Positions 21,995 to 31,989 of a stretch of 64,000 nt of DNA are shown one piece after another (position 1 is the stretch's first letter; every line of letters begins with the position of its first letter). The notes below the pieces were generated by a model. It was not told the origin of the DNA, searched no databases, and was given only the letters and a program-made list of their open reading frames with translations. Source of the DNA: Spirochaetaceae bacterium (GTDB taxonomy: Bacteria; Spirochaetota; Spirochaetia; DSM-2461); the NCBI GenBank assembly GCA_965224705.1, contig OZ245056.1, forward strand, positions 2,848,001 through 2,912,000, given 5' to 3'. The translations under genes and the position numbers were made by a program.

Positions 21995-22737
21995 GAAGTC
22001 AGTATTTTGGGTTCATTGTCCGTTATCAATACGCTGTGTTCAAAGTGGGCACTCCATGACCCATCCTGGGTAGCCACACTCCAGCCATCATCAAGCACCT
22101 GTACATCGGCTTTGCCGGCATTAATCATCGGCTCAATTGCCAGAATCATGCCCGGCATTAACCGTGGATTACTTCCTCTTGAAGGATAGTAGTTGGGTAT
22201 CTGCGGCTCTTCATGAAGAGACAGTCCAACTCCATGCCCACAAAAACTATACACAATTCCATACTTCTCAGGTTTAACAACCCTGGTAATTGCCTTGCCT
22301 ATGTCCTTAATCCTGTTTCCAGGAACGCAGGTATTAATCGCTGCCTTAAGTGATTTCTCAGTGACATCCAGAAGTGCATGAGTTTCAGGAGTAATTTCAT
22401 CGACAGAGAAAGTCTTGCAGGCATCACTGTAGTACCCATTTAGAATGACTCCAATATCGCAGCCGACAATATCCCCTGTCTTTAATTTCTTATTGTTGGG
22501 TATACCATGTATCACGATGTTATTCACAGAAGTACACACAGAAGCAGGAAATCCTCCATAACCTAGAAAGGCAGGGACTCCTCCCCCATCCCGTATTGTC
22601 TCCTCGACAACACGGTTTATATCAAGAGTGGAGATACCAGAATGAATTATTCCATTGAGCCTGATGAAGACCCTGGAGAGTAAATCCGATGAACGCTGAA
22701 TACCATCCTGCTGCATGGTATTCTTTATTGAAATCAC
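21976..22737 (-). CDS. map: methionine aminopeptidase type I
   Basis: CTSVN..VIHGIP, DIG, GHGVG..LHEEP, AIEPM, SAHFEH. Confidence 0.96.
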   Translation of the reverse strand: MISIKNTMQQDGIQRSSDLLSRVFIRLNGIIHSGISTLDINRVVEETIRDGGGVPAFLGYGGFPASVCTSVNNIVIHGIPNNKKLKTGDIVGCDIGVILNGYYSDACKTFSVDEITPETHALLDVTEKSLKAAINTCVPGNRIKDIGKAITRVVKPEKYGIVYSFCGHGVGLSLHEEPQIPNYYPSRGSNPRLMPGMILAIEPMINAGKADVQVLDDGWSVATQDGSWSAHFEHSVLITDNEPKILTSWGDIQ

Positions 22738-24773
22738 TGTGTGACCTCGTTTTTATAGAGTTCCTGAAGCCCGAGATTCACTGGATCAATGGCCAATGCG
22801 GTTTCAATTACCTTTTTCATTTCATCGAATTGACCAAGGTATCGAAAGACAAGGGCCTGCAGATAATACAGACGGACCTTCTTGTCCGCAGCCATCATGG
22901 GTATGCTGAGTGCCATCTGTAAATCATCCAGAGAATTCAAATAGAGAGAATCAATTTCTTCAATCAATGTTGCTTTGCCTGCCGCCCGATACTCGCTTCC
23001 CTTTCGTCCTCCTGCAGCAATTGACTTCACGAGTTTTTCCGTATCACTTCGTGCTTGAATTAATATCTGCACTCTATCTTCAAGCGGAGAATTATCCGTA
23101 CCGAGAGTTCTAAACTCGTTTTTGAGGGAATAGATCAGCAGCGGATCATGAAGACTTCTGTCGATGTGTGCTGGTTTTTCAATAAATCCATCAGCAATGC
23201 TTTTAAGCTCCTGAGAAGCCATCAAGGCATAGAGTGCTGTATCATGAAGACCTCTCCAACTTTTTTCCCTTCGGACAAATTCTCTAAATTCATTATAATC
23301 GGCAAGCTCTCCGGCTTGAGCCGGAATGAGACCAATAATGGCTGTACGGCGTGAAGCATCGGAAGCAAGCCGCCATGAGAGGATCCACGTTTCATCTGGA
23401 AAATACTTCCTGTAGCGATCCACCACAATATCGATAGACGAGAAATTCTTTCGAATGGAAAGATATTCAAGCAAAAAAGTGGTGAGTGTTCTGATGTCAA
23501 CGGGCTGAACAGTGGAGTTCGCAATGGTTATTTCATTGAAGATTTCCCAGAGTCCTGCTTCATACAGGTGAGGAGGCAGAGATGTTGGATCGACTTTAAG
23601 AGCGGCTATAGCGGATACATGGTCCATTGGCTGGCTGGAATCTGAGCGAAGCAAGCGGCCTGCCAGGCCGGGATTGTCATCCGCATGTTTGACAGCCCAG
23701 GCAGATTTTACCTCACTTTGATCAGGAAAAATGGTCAGGGCATCACGGAGCAATGCTTCGGACTGGCGATTATTCCCTTCAGTACTTTCCAGTATTGAAA
23801 GATTTACCCATAACTTCCAGGAATCCTTCGGCATATTGGTCGGCCGATCCGGATATAGAACTCTCAATGCCTCATACCAGAGTTCCCTTGCCTGATTGCG
23901 ATAATCGGAACGTCCCTGCATTCTGTATTGCTTCCAGTAAATATCACCAAGGAACAGCAGATCCTTCCAGTAAACTATTCGACGGCTTCGCCCATCCTCA
24001 ATGCCTGTATTCAGCCAGGTAACAGCCAATTCCGTATCTCCTGCGTCATAAGCAAGTCGTCCCAGAGCTGAATACACGTTTTGATCAAAGGGAAACTGTG
24101 GGTTTTTCCACCAGCGATTACCGGATATGGACTCTTTGGCAAGTTCCAGGGCTCTGTCTGTTTCCCCATCGCTCATGCGGGCCAGTGCGGCATCCACTGT
24201 GAGGACGGCGGACCGGGTGATATGAGCCACTTCCTCAAGAAATTCAGCATTCAGATCTGTTTTGATTCTCCGATGGAAGTCTTCCATATTCTGATCTTGT
24301 TCATCCAGGTAGGAGAGGATTTTCAATTCAGCCAGGAGAGTTGGCCAGATATTCCCAGAGAGATTGACAGCCGTTTTTTCTGCCCTTTTTATTCTTCCGG
24401 ATCTTAATTGAGCCCACACAAGGAAGGCTGTTACATCCTGGTTTTCAGGTAGGGCATTTTTTGCACGAGAAGCCAGTCTTCTAAACAATCTATAATTCTT
24501 ACGCCGGGCATCTTCGGGCAGTTGCAGGGCAGCCGACCGCAGCAGCTGTTTCCATTGCATGACTGTTACGGCATGCCGTGAAGCTTGAAGCATCTTCCAG
24601 CCAGCCTGTAAATCTCTGTTTTCCGATACAGCGGCTTCAACAGCCAGCATATTTTTATCGAATTTTCTGTCATCAGCAGTTCTGCGGAACAGGAACAGGT
24701 ATGCCGGGATGGACAATGCAAGAAGTATCAGAAGTACAACTGAAATGGAACGGATCGATTTGTAGTTTTTCAT
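22734..24773 (-). CDS. membrane-anchored TPR-like helical protein
   Basis: N-terminal TM segment; TPR-like helices. Confidence 0.55.
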   Translation of the reverse strand: MKNYKSIRSISVVLLILLALSIPAYLFLFRRTADDRKFDKNMLAVEAAVSENRDLQAGWKMLQASRHAVTVMQWKQLLRSAALQLPEDARRKNYRLFRRLASRAKNALPENQDVTAFLVWAQLRSGRIKRAEKTAVNLSGNIWPTLLAELKILSYLDEQDQNMEDFHRRIKTDLNAEFLEEVAHITRSAVLTVDAALARMSDGETDRALELAKESISGNRWWKNPQFPFDQNVYSALGRLAYDAGDTELAVTWLNTGIEDGRSRRIVYWKDLLFLGDIYWKQYRMQGRSDYRNQARELWYEALRVLYPDRPTNMPKDSWKLWVNLSILESTEGNNRQSEALLRDALTIFPDQSEVKSAWAVKHADDNPGLAGRLLRSDSSQPMDHVSAIAALKVDPTSLPPHLYEAGLWEIFNEITIANSTVQPVDIRTLTTFLLEYLSIRKNFSSIDIVVDRYRKYFPDETWILSWRLASDASRRTAIIGLIPAQAGELADYNEFREFVRREKSWRGLHDTALYALMASQELKSIADGFIEKPAHIDRSLHDPLLIYSLKNEFRTLGTDNSPLEDRVQILIQARSDTEKLVKSIAAGGRKGSEYRAAGKATLIEEIDSLYLNSLDDLQMALSIPMMAADKKVRLYYLQALVFRYLGQFDEMKKVIETALAIDPVNLGLQELYKNEVTQ

Positions 24774-24777
24774 AGCA

Positions 24778-25185
24778 TCAGGATATTATTGAGTTTTGAA
24801 TACCATCAAGAACTCCATTTATAAATCGATAGGATTCCGGCGAACCTAATTGTTTTGCAATCTCTACAGCTTCATTGATCGTTACTGAAATTGGTATTTC
24901 CTTCTGGCAGAGTATGGAATAGACACCGGTTCTCAGTATGGATAAATCCACTTTGGTCAGTCGATCAAAACTCCAATTCTTCAGTTGTTTTCGAATGTGT
25001 TCATCAATATCTGACTGGTTCTCCACCACTCCTGAGATAATTAAGGCTGCAAACGACCTGACATCATCTCCTACATCGCTGTCCAGCCAATCAAATTGAA
25101 GAACACTCTCCAATTCACATTTTGTTTCTTCCCATGCGTATAATCCCTGAATGGCGACAATCCTCCCATTTCGCCTGATTCCCAT
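24778..25185 (-). CDS. nusB: transcription antitermination factor NusB
   Basis: RR.GR..A.Q.LY, W.FDRL..VD..ILR, INEAVEIAK, FINGVLD. Confidence 0.95.
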   Translation of the reverse strand: MGIRRNGRIVAIQGLYAWEETKCELESVLQFDWLDSDVGDDVRSFAALIISGVVENQSDIDEHIRKQLKNWSFDRLTKVDLSILRTGVYSILCQKEIPISVTINEAVEIAKQLGSPESYRFINGVLDGIQNSIIS

Positions 25186-25187
25186 TC

Positions 25188-26243
25188 CTACTTATACTCT
25201 CCAAAGTAATTGATAGTTGATTGGGCACGAATGTCCTCAAGAATACCTTCTGCGATTTCATCAAATTTTCTCTGATACCTCTCGGCGAAAATAAGCTGCT
25301 GGAGGTAGGTTCTTACCTCTGCCGAATCTTTGGGTAGAAGCTGAGCCGCTTTTTTTTCTGTAATTTGAATGATGTGAAAACCTACCTTTGATTTTAAAAC
25401 ACCACTGACATCGTCGACATTCATCTTGAAAACAGAGTTAATAAACTCACTGCCATAGAGTTGTCTTGCCACCTCATCGCCTTTCATGAGCGGCCCAATC
25501 TTTCCACCGCGAGCCCTGGATACCTCATCCTCTGATTCGGCAGCAACCAGATCAATAAATGTGGCTGAGGTGTTTAATAACTGTCGATGAACTTCATCCG
25601 CTTTTCTTCGTTTCTGATTTGTTTCAGCAGGACTCAGGGAGCGGGTATCAAAGAAAATCTGATTGAACCACACTGAGTCGGAAACAACAAATTCCTGAAC
25701 TCTCCTCTGGTACTCTGCACTGATATCTTCATCGCTTGCAGGTTCAATATTCTGAAACTCTTCCCTTCCATGAAAACTGACATATTTCTCAGCCAGGAGC
25801 TGCTTCTGTACGGTTGATTCAAATTCTTCCAGCGTCAGGCCCTGCTGCTTAATAATCTGTTTGTATTGATTTCTGTCTGTTAATACAGCTCCAGGGGGCA
25901 GGGCTCCGACACTGGTAAGCTGCTGGGAGATAAGCCGTAATCCAGCCTGTTCCACCTCTTCAGAAGTAACAGTGATGCGGCGATCGGCTTCGGCTGCCTG
26001 ATGAATAAGCATTTGATCAATGAGGGATTCAAGTATGGTTTTCTTCTCCTCCATTGTTAATTTCCTGCCCTGCTGTATTTCCAGAGTCTCAATCATCTGA
26101 TCAAGCTTCTTACCGGAAACAGGTTCCGTCCGTTTGTAACGAACAGTGGCAATAGCCATATCCTGGGCCGGGAGGAGCATGGTTGTTGTATGAAGAAGAA
26201 TGACTGCCGTAAATAGCTTTATAGCATATCTCATAGATTTCAC
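25188..26243 (-). CDS. SurA/PrsA-like parvulin peptidyl-prolyl isomerase
   Basis: Signal peptide, SurA N-domain, SED..SR.RGG.IG, S.VGFHII. Confidence 0.85.
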   Translation of the reverse strand: MKSMRYAIKLFTAVILLHTTTMLLPAQDMAIATVRYKRTEPVSGKKLDQMIETLEIQQGRKLTMEEKKTILESLIDQMLIHQAAEADRRITVTSEEVEQAGLRLISQQLTSVGALPPGAVLTDRNQYKQIIKQQGLTLEEFESTVQKQLLAEKYVSFHGREEFQNIEPASDEDISAEYQRRVQEFVVSDSVWFNQIFFDTRSLSPAETNQKRRKADEVHRQLLNTSATFIDLVAAESEDEVSRARGGKIGPLMKGDEVARQLYGSEFINSVFKMNVDDVSGVLKSKVGFHIIQITEKKAAQLLPKDSAEVRTYLQQLIFAERYQRKFDEIAEGILEDIRAQSTINYFGEYK

Positions 26244-26671
26244 CTCAATCTCTGAGTTTGATCAATATGAAGGCGGGATCCAGCAACCCTGGCTTCAGCC
26301 GGGTTATTCAAAACATCGGATTTTTTCAGATACAAACCTTCGGCTTCCATAGTTGTCATAAGTGACTGCAAGAGTCGGGGTTTCCTCAGTCCCCTGCCGG
26401 ATATAAATGCATAACTTCGTTTTCCTGAAAGCATACCGGATGATTTCAGGAAGGTACCAAGATATGGGGATATTTTTCCGGAGAAGAAGGATGGAGCAAT
26501 TGTTCCCACAGCGATATAATGATACGAAGTAAGAGACATACCCTCATCAGTTCCTGCATTTACAATGGTCACATCATGTCCCTGTTCCTCAATCCCCTCA
26601 CTCAATGCCCGTACAATACCTGTAAGGTGAATTGAGTAATGACAGGGATAATAGACTATGGCGACTCGCAG
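26240..26671 (-). CDS. flavodoxin-like hypothetical protein, probable CTG start
   Basis: Frame extends upstream of TTG 26605 to CTG 26671 (RVAIVYY...) behind an AGGAG RBS; in-frame TAG two codons earlier. Confidence 0.65.
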   Translation of the reverse strand: MRVAIVYYPCHYSIHLTGIVRALSEGIEEQGHDVTIVNAGTDEGMSLTSYHYIAVGTIAPSFFSGKISPYLGTFLKSSGMLSGKRSYAFISGRGLRKPRLLQSLMTTMEAEGLYLKKSDVLNNPAEARVAGSRLHIDQTQRLR

Positions 26672-26685
26672 AAACTACTCCTGGA

Positions 26686-27021
26686 TTACTGCTCTTCTTC
26701 CAGAGGCTGCTCCAGAAACCAATTGGGACCTGATTCCTCTGCCCGACGAGCAGCACCGATAACATCATCTTTTTCTCCCGACTTGTATGCCATAGCCACA
26801 ACAAGGGATGATACAATGAAGAAGACTCCCAGGATGGAAGTGGCTTTTACAAGCACACTGCCGCTTGAGGCTCCGAAGGGAGTTGAGCTTCCTCCATTCC
26901 CAAATAAGCCGCCGAATCCTTCGCCCTGCTCATCCTGAAGCATAACCAGTGCAATAATCAACACAGCTGTTATCGCAAATAATACAAGAAAGACAGTTCC
27001 AATAATACCCAAAATATTCAC
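26686..27021 (-). CDS. secG: preprotein translocase subunit SecG
   Basis: VMLQ..QG.G.GG.FG, LVKATSIL; follows tpiA. Confidence 0.9.
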   Translation of the reverse strand: MNILGIIGTVFLVLFAITAVLIIALVMLQDEQGEGFGGLFGNGGSSTPFGASSGSVLVKATSILGVFFIVSSLVVAMAYKSGEKDDVIGAARRAEESGPNWFLEQPLEEEQ

Positions 27022-27027
27022 ACTCCA

Positions 27028-27783
27028 CTAGATGTCAAATGCCACAATGCGGCCAAAAGAAGCAACGTCAAGTGAGGCACCACCGACCAATGCACCATCG
27101 ATATCCGGTTGAGCCATGAGATCCTTAACATTGTCAGGCTTCACTGATCCACCATATTGAATAATCGTGGAATCAGCAACTGTATCTGAGTATAATGCAG
27201 CAATCTTTGAGCGGCAAGCCTTGTGAACAGCCTGAGCGTCAATCGGTGTTGCCGTTTTCCCTGTGCCAATAGCCCACACCGGTTCATAAGCAACGACAAG
27301 ATGCTCCATTTGCTTCGCATTAACCCCGGCCAGGCCACCTTCCAGTTGACCAAAACAAACATCATGAACCCTGTCTGCTTCCCTTTCCTCCAGGGTTTCT
27401 CCAATACATAGAATGATCTCCATTCCATGAGACAGACCAAGCTTTACTTTTTCGTTTATGAGAGCATCGGTTTCTCCATAAACATGACGGCGTTCGCTGT
27501 GCCCAAGGATGACGGATTGCACGCCCAGTTCCTTCAGCATTAAAACCGAAGTTTCACCCGTATGGGCTCCGGTTTCCACAGCAGCCATGTTCTGAGCAGC
27601 AAGAGTAACATCACTTCCCTTCAAAACTCCGGATACAGCCTGAATGCAGACAAAGGAAGGTGCAATCATTTTCCGGGTGTTTAAACCTTTCTTCATATCA
27701 ACGACATCTCCGGCAAGCTCAATGGCTTCCTGAGGCGTTTTATTCATTTTCCAGTTACCGGCAATCAAGTACTGACGTGACAT
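27028..27783 (-). CDS. tpiA: triosephosphate isomerase
   Basis: AGNWKMNK, GHSERR, AYEPVWAIGTG, YGGSVK. Confidence 0.98.
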   Translation of the reverse strand: MSRQYLIAGNWKMNKTPQEAIELAGDVVDMKKGLNTRKMIAPSFVCIQAVSGVLKGSDVTLAAQNMAAVETGAHTGETSVLMLKELGVQSVILGHSERRHVYGETDALINEKVKLGLSHGMEIILCIGETLEEREADRVHDVCFGQLEGGLAGVNAKQMEHLVVAYEPVWAIGTGKTATPIDAQAVHKACRSKIAALYSDTVADSTIIQYGGSVKPDNVKDLMAQPDIDGALVGGASLDVASFGRIVAFDI

Positions 27784-27786
27784 TAT

Positions 27787-28965
27787 CTACTCCTTAAGTG
27801 CCATCACTCCAGGGAGGGCTTTACCTTCAAGGTATTCCAGTGAAGCTCCTCCGCCCGTTGAGACATGATCTATTTTATCGGCCAGATTAAATTTATTGAC
27901 AGCCGCTACTGAGTCGCCTCCGCCAACAATAGTTAAACCCTGACAGTCGGCAACTATATTGGCAGCATCCAGAGTTCCCTTTGCAAAGGCTTCAAACTCA
28001 AACACGCCCATTGGGCCATTCCAGACAACAGTTTTCGCATCAGAAAGAAGATTTTTTACGGCTTCCACTGTTTTCGGCCCAACATCCATGGCTGATTTTC
28101 CATTCGGTACATTGACATTGTCCACGTATTGCGGGGCTGCTGTTTCCTTGAATTCATCGGCAACAACATGATCCAGGGGAAGAAGGACCTGTATCCCTCG
28201 ACTGTCAGCTTCTTTGAGAAAGGAACGGGCCGTATCCGCATAATCATCCTCAATCAGAGAGTTCCCTACCGTTTTACCCTGAACTTTCATGAATGTATAG
28301 GCCATTCCCCCACCAATAACGAAGGCATTCACCCTGTTGAGAAGTGATTCCAGAACAGCGATTTTAGATGAAACCTTTGCTCCCCCGATAATGGCAATGA
28401 AGGGCTTCTCCGGCTTCTCCAGGACTCTGTCAAAAAATGTGCATTCCTTTTCCATTAACAGACCTCCTGCTGACGGAAGCAGTTTTGCCAAACCCACCGT
28501 CGAAGCATGAGCACGATGCGCCGCACCAAATGCATCATTGACATACAAATCACCAAGTCTGGCCAGTGATTGACAGAAATCAGCATCATTATCTGTTTCC
28601 TGACTGTAGAATCGGGTATTCTCCAGGAGCAGGATTTCTCCGCTTTTCAGTCCGTCCGCCAGTTTCTCCACTTCGGGACCAATGACATCCGGGGCCATCA
28701 CAACATGGACGCCGGATAACTCCGATAAACGCTCTCTGATCTGGGTCATACTGTATTTCGGGTTTACCTGTCCTTTCGGCCGTCCCAGATGACTCATCAC
28801 AATGAGAGCAGCATCCCTGTCAAGAAGATTCTTGAGTGTGGGCAATGCACGTCTTATTCGTGTGTCATCGGAAATCACACCATTGACAACCGGGACATTG
28901 AAATCGACACGGACCAGAACCTTCTTCCCTGCCGGATTAATACTGTTTATTGTTCTTAAAACCAT
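27787..28965 (-). CDS. pgk: phosphoglycerate kinase
   Basis: RVDFNVP, SHLGRP, NDAFGAAHRAH, GGGDS, STGGGASLE. Confidence 0.98.
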   Translation of the reverse strand: MVLRTINSINPAGKKVLVRVDFNVPVVNGVISDDTRIRRALPTLKNLLDRDAALIVMSHLGRPKGQVNPKYSMTQIRERLSELSGVHVVMAPDVIGPEVEKLADGLKSGEILLLENTRFYSQETDNDADFCQSLARLGDLYVNDAFGAAHRAHASTVGLAKLLPSAGGLLMEKECTFFDRVLEKPEKPFIAIIGGAKVSSKIAVLESLLNRVNAFVIGGGMAYTFMKVQGKTVGNSLIEDDYADTARSFLKEADSRGIQVLLPLDHVVADEFKETAAPQYVDNVNVPNGKSAMDVGPKTVEAVKNLLSDAKTVVWNGPMGVFEFEAFAKGTLDAANIVADCQGLTIVGGGDSVAAVNKFNLADKIDHVSTGGGASLEYLEGKALPGVMALKE

Positions 28966-28979
28966 AATTCTCCTCTACT

Positions 28980-29981
28980 TCACGCAATTTTCTGTGCAAG
29001 ATCAACGACTCTGGTTGAGTAGCCGAATTCATTATCATACCACGAAACAACCTTTACCAAACCATTCCCGAGTACCATGGTTAAACTGGAGTCAAAAATC
29101 GAGGAATGACTGTTCCCTTTGATGTCGGATGAAACCAGAGGGGCCTCAGAATACTCGATGATACCGTCCATAGCACCCTCTGCCGCTTTCTTAATTTCAT
29201 TGTTGACCTCCTGCGGCGTCACATCTGTCGATAGACTGGCAACAAAGTCTATAACGGATCCGACTGGAACTGGAACTCGCATTGCCATGCCATTGAGTTT
29301 CCCTTCAAGCTCTGGAATGACTTTTCCAATGGCTTCGGCAGCCCCCGTGCCTGTTGGTATGATGTTGAGGTTGGCTGCACGGGCCCTTCTTGGATCGGCA
29401 TGGGGGGTGTCAACAAGCACCTGATCGCTGGTGTACGCATGAACTGTCGTCATCAATCCCCCTTTTATTCCAAAGGAATCATGAAGTATTCTGACAATTG
29501 GGGCAAGGCAGTTCGTTGTGCAGCTTGCATTGGAATATGCGATGCTGTCTTCATCGATAGAATCATCATTCACCCCCAGGACAATTGTCCTGTCAATTTC
29601 ATCCCTGGCAGGAACGGTCAGTATGACTTTTCCGGCCCCTGCCTTGATATGATCCTTGTATCCACCTTTTTCACTCTCGGCAACTCGAAACAGACCAGTC
29701 GATTCAATGACAATATCAACGTCCAGATCTCCCCATGGTAAGTTCTTCGGACTGCGTTCGGCCAATGTCATAATTTTCTTACCATCAACCATAATACTGT
29801 TTCTACCGACCTCAACATGCCGATTATACACTCCGTAAGTAGAATCATGTTTCAATAAACCGGCCAGTATTTCTGTGTCGGCGATATCATTGATAGCAAC
29901 AATATCCATGCCGGGCCGTTCGCAGGCAATCTTGAAGACATTCCTGCCTATTCGTCCGAAACCGTTTATTGCAATTTTCAC
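28980..29981 (-). CDS. gap: glyceraldehyde-3-phosphate dehydrogenase
   Basis: INGFGRIGR, SNASCTTNCL, WYDNEFGY; GTG start at 29981 behind GGAGG. Confidence 0.98.
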   Translation of the reverse strand: MKIAINGFGRIGRNVFKIACERPGMDIVAINDIADTEILAGLLKHDSTYGVYNRHVEVGRNSIMVDGKKIMTLAERSPKNLPWGDLDVDIVIESTGLFRVAESEKGGYKDHIKAGAGKVILTVPARDEIDRTIVLGVNDDSIDEDSIAYSNASCTTNCLAPIVRILHDSFGIKGGLMTTVHAYTSDQVLVDTPHADPRRARAANLNIIPTGTGAAEAIGKVIPELEGKLNGMAMRVPVPVGSVIDFVASLSTDVTPQEVNNEIKKAAEGAMDGIIEYSEAPLVSSDIKGNSHSSIFDSSLTMVLGNGLVKVVSWYDNEFGYSTRVVDLAQKIA

Positions 29982-30218
29982 ACGATCCTCCAGGAAACAG
30001 GGAGAATTCAAAACTATAACGGCTTTCTATTGATTTGGTCAATGGACAAAAATCCTGAACGATAAGTCGGGACTGTATCAGTAACACTCTCAGTTTCATT
30101 GCCGGGCCGTGAATATAAGCTCCCGGCGCTTCACGCATAGCACTGGCCAGTACTCATCACGTTAAAAATGGATCTCAACTTTTGAATACACCGTATATTG
30201 AATCGATATAATCCAGTT

Positions 30219-30848
30219 TTACGGCTGAGACCAGCCTATACCAAAGTTAACGTGCACCGTAAACTGACCCGCTCTGAATCCATCATTTGATTTCGCTGTC
30301 AGCCAGGAATAAGGATGCCAGGCGGTCATCACTCCCAGATTGAAGACAAAACTTCCAGGGCCGGGATGTATGTAGAAATTAGTTCCCATAGCCAATCCTA
30401 CGGAACTGGCAATGTCGAAGTCGAAATCTATGCCTAATAAATGCTTATCTGTATCTTGACCGGTGTTAACTCTCATATAATACAAGAGATCCAGGTAGAC
30501 TCCACCCCCAATAATAAGCCCGGTTCGTCCCCAGTCCAATGAACCGCCGTAACCAAGAATGGTGCTTAATCCCAGTGAAGTAGCTCCATTATCCCTCAAT
30601 CTGCCCTCGGGATAGGAGCCGCTCATTGAGAATCCTGAATTGGGATTGAGCTGCATATAGAAGCCCCCTTCCGATTCGCCAAGGAAAACAAAATTCAAAC
30701 CAAAACTCGTTAAGTAATTATCCTTGATCCCCAAATAATAACCGCTGGTATTCCATGTGAAGTTGATCAAAGCTGACTTTGCTGACAACGAGACTGTAAC
30801 AAATACCAGAATGGTTAGAAGAAGTTTTCGCATTATGCCTCCAATCAA
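30219..30848 (-). CDS. putative outer-membrane beta-barrel protein
   Basis: Signal peptide (MRKLLL...SLSA), Gly/aromatic beta strands, terminal FGIGW. Confidence 0.55.
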   Translation of the reverse strand: MIGGIMRKLLLTILVFVTVSLSAKSALINFTWNTSGYYLGIKDNYLTSFGLNFVFLGESEGGFYMQLNPNSGFSMSGSYPEGRLRDNGATSLGLSTILGYGGSLDWGRTGLIIGGGVYLDLLYYMRVNTGQDTDKHLLGIDFDFDIASSVGLAMGTNFYIHPGPGSFVFNLGVMTAWHPYSWLTAKSNDGFRAGQFTVHVNFGIGWSQP

Positions 30849-31150
30849 TAGCCATAGTATGTGCTATATCCGCTGAATTGTCAATTAATCGACTCAAAAG
30901 TACGTGGTTGCCTCATAGCTAAAATTTACTCGAAATGCGGCAAACTGCTGGTTCCCCTTATCAGGGAGAACTTCAAAAGCCTGGAAAACAGGCTTCCGAT
31001 GAGTAAACTCAGCGGGAAAGAATGCTGTTTATTACGCCAGATCAGTCCGACAGACTCCAGGGGGACAGGCATTACCCGGTTTATACAGGTCATCCACAGA
31101 AAAGGAGATTGCCGTCCCCAGCTATCTGGAGTAAGAAATAATTCCCACTA

Positions 31151-31224
31151 TGGGTCCACCAGGACTCGAACCTGGGACCAACGGATTATGAGTCCGTTGC
31201 TCTAACCAACTGAGCTATAGACCC
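31151..31224 (-). tRNA. tRNA with CAT anticodon (probably Ile2, possibly elongator Met); CCA not encoded
   Basis: GGGTCTATAGCTCAGTTGGTTAGAGC-ACGGA CTCATAA TCCGT-...GGTTCGAGTCC...GGACCCA cloverleaf; G1-C72 pair, so not the initiator. Confidence 0.95.
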
Positions 31225-31238
31225 TGAAAAGTTGCTGA

Positions 31239-31267
31239 ATGCTATACAGAATGACCATTCTCGTCAA
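31239..31267 (-). promoter_or_regulatory. sigma70-like promoter of the tRNA
   Basis: TTGACG-17 nt-TAGCAT, 14 nt upstream of the tRNA. Confidence 0.6.
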
Positions 31268-31461
31268 TAGCAGTGCTGAGAAGATATCCTACTGAGTTGC
31301 TCTGAACAAGAAATCACCAAGCCTGTCATGCGAAGCAGGATGTTCAGCAGCGACCGACTCTTCCACATCAAGTGCAGCACCATCAATTCGGCCTATCAAC
31401 CAGGGCAATCGCATCTAAAATCCACTAGCCAGAGTGTTCTTCAAAGCCTTATTCATGGGTT

Positions 31462-31685
31462 TTTAACCGCAGAGAACGCAGAGAGCGCAGAGTGTTCGAG
31501 ATAAATGTTGACCAATCTGTTTATGCTATAGAGACGAAAAAACCCGGACTAAAGTAAGACTTTTTCTCCATTTTTGGGCGTTTTGCCCGAAATGTGGGTG
31601 CGTCCATGCGCCCACGGGCAGCTCTAAGCGGTTTTAAGAGCTGCCCTATATCTCTCTGCGTACCTCTGCGTTCTCTGCGGTTTAA
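31462..31685. repeat. ~220-bp element bounded by (CGCAGAG)n inverted repeats with three internal hairpins
   Basis: AACCGCAGAGAACGCAGAG at the left end and its exact reverse complement at the right end; internal stem GGGCAGCTCT/AGAGCTGCCC (31616-31646). Confidence 0.7.
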
Positions 31686-31889
31686 TGCCGCTTTGAGGAG
31701 ATTCCACATTCTTTGAGACACTAGACAAAAATTTCCATTGACCTCGAAAATCAGTGTTTTCATTCTTTTTGGGACAGAATTAGATGCAATTACCCTGGCC
31801 TATCAACCCAGAAATCCATAAACCCCTGGATAATAGCAAGTTTAAATGCAGACATGTGTTTGTATATCCATAGTATATGAGTCTTTCTT

Positions 31890-31918
31890 TTGACTTTACT
31901 AACCCTTTGAAGTAGGAT
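31890..31918 (+). promoter_or_regulatory. sigma70-like promoter of the TerB-like operon
   Basis: TTGACT-17 nt-TAGGAT. Confidence 0.5.
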
Positions 31919-31989
31919 TACTACAGGTTTGGGTGCAGGCCGCAATCATCGGCATTCGTCCACTTTCATTCACAATACAGGAATTAACC

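Noticed and set aside
30861..31205. 114-aa plus-strand ORF
   Set aside because: Runs antisense through the tRNA and across an IS-end remnant; no recognisable protein.
31521..31763. 80-aa ORF containing NRRERRGTQR
   Set aside because: Translation of the CGCAGAG inverted repeat, not a credible gene.
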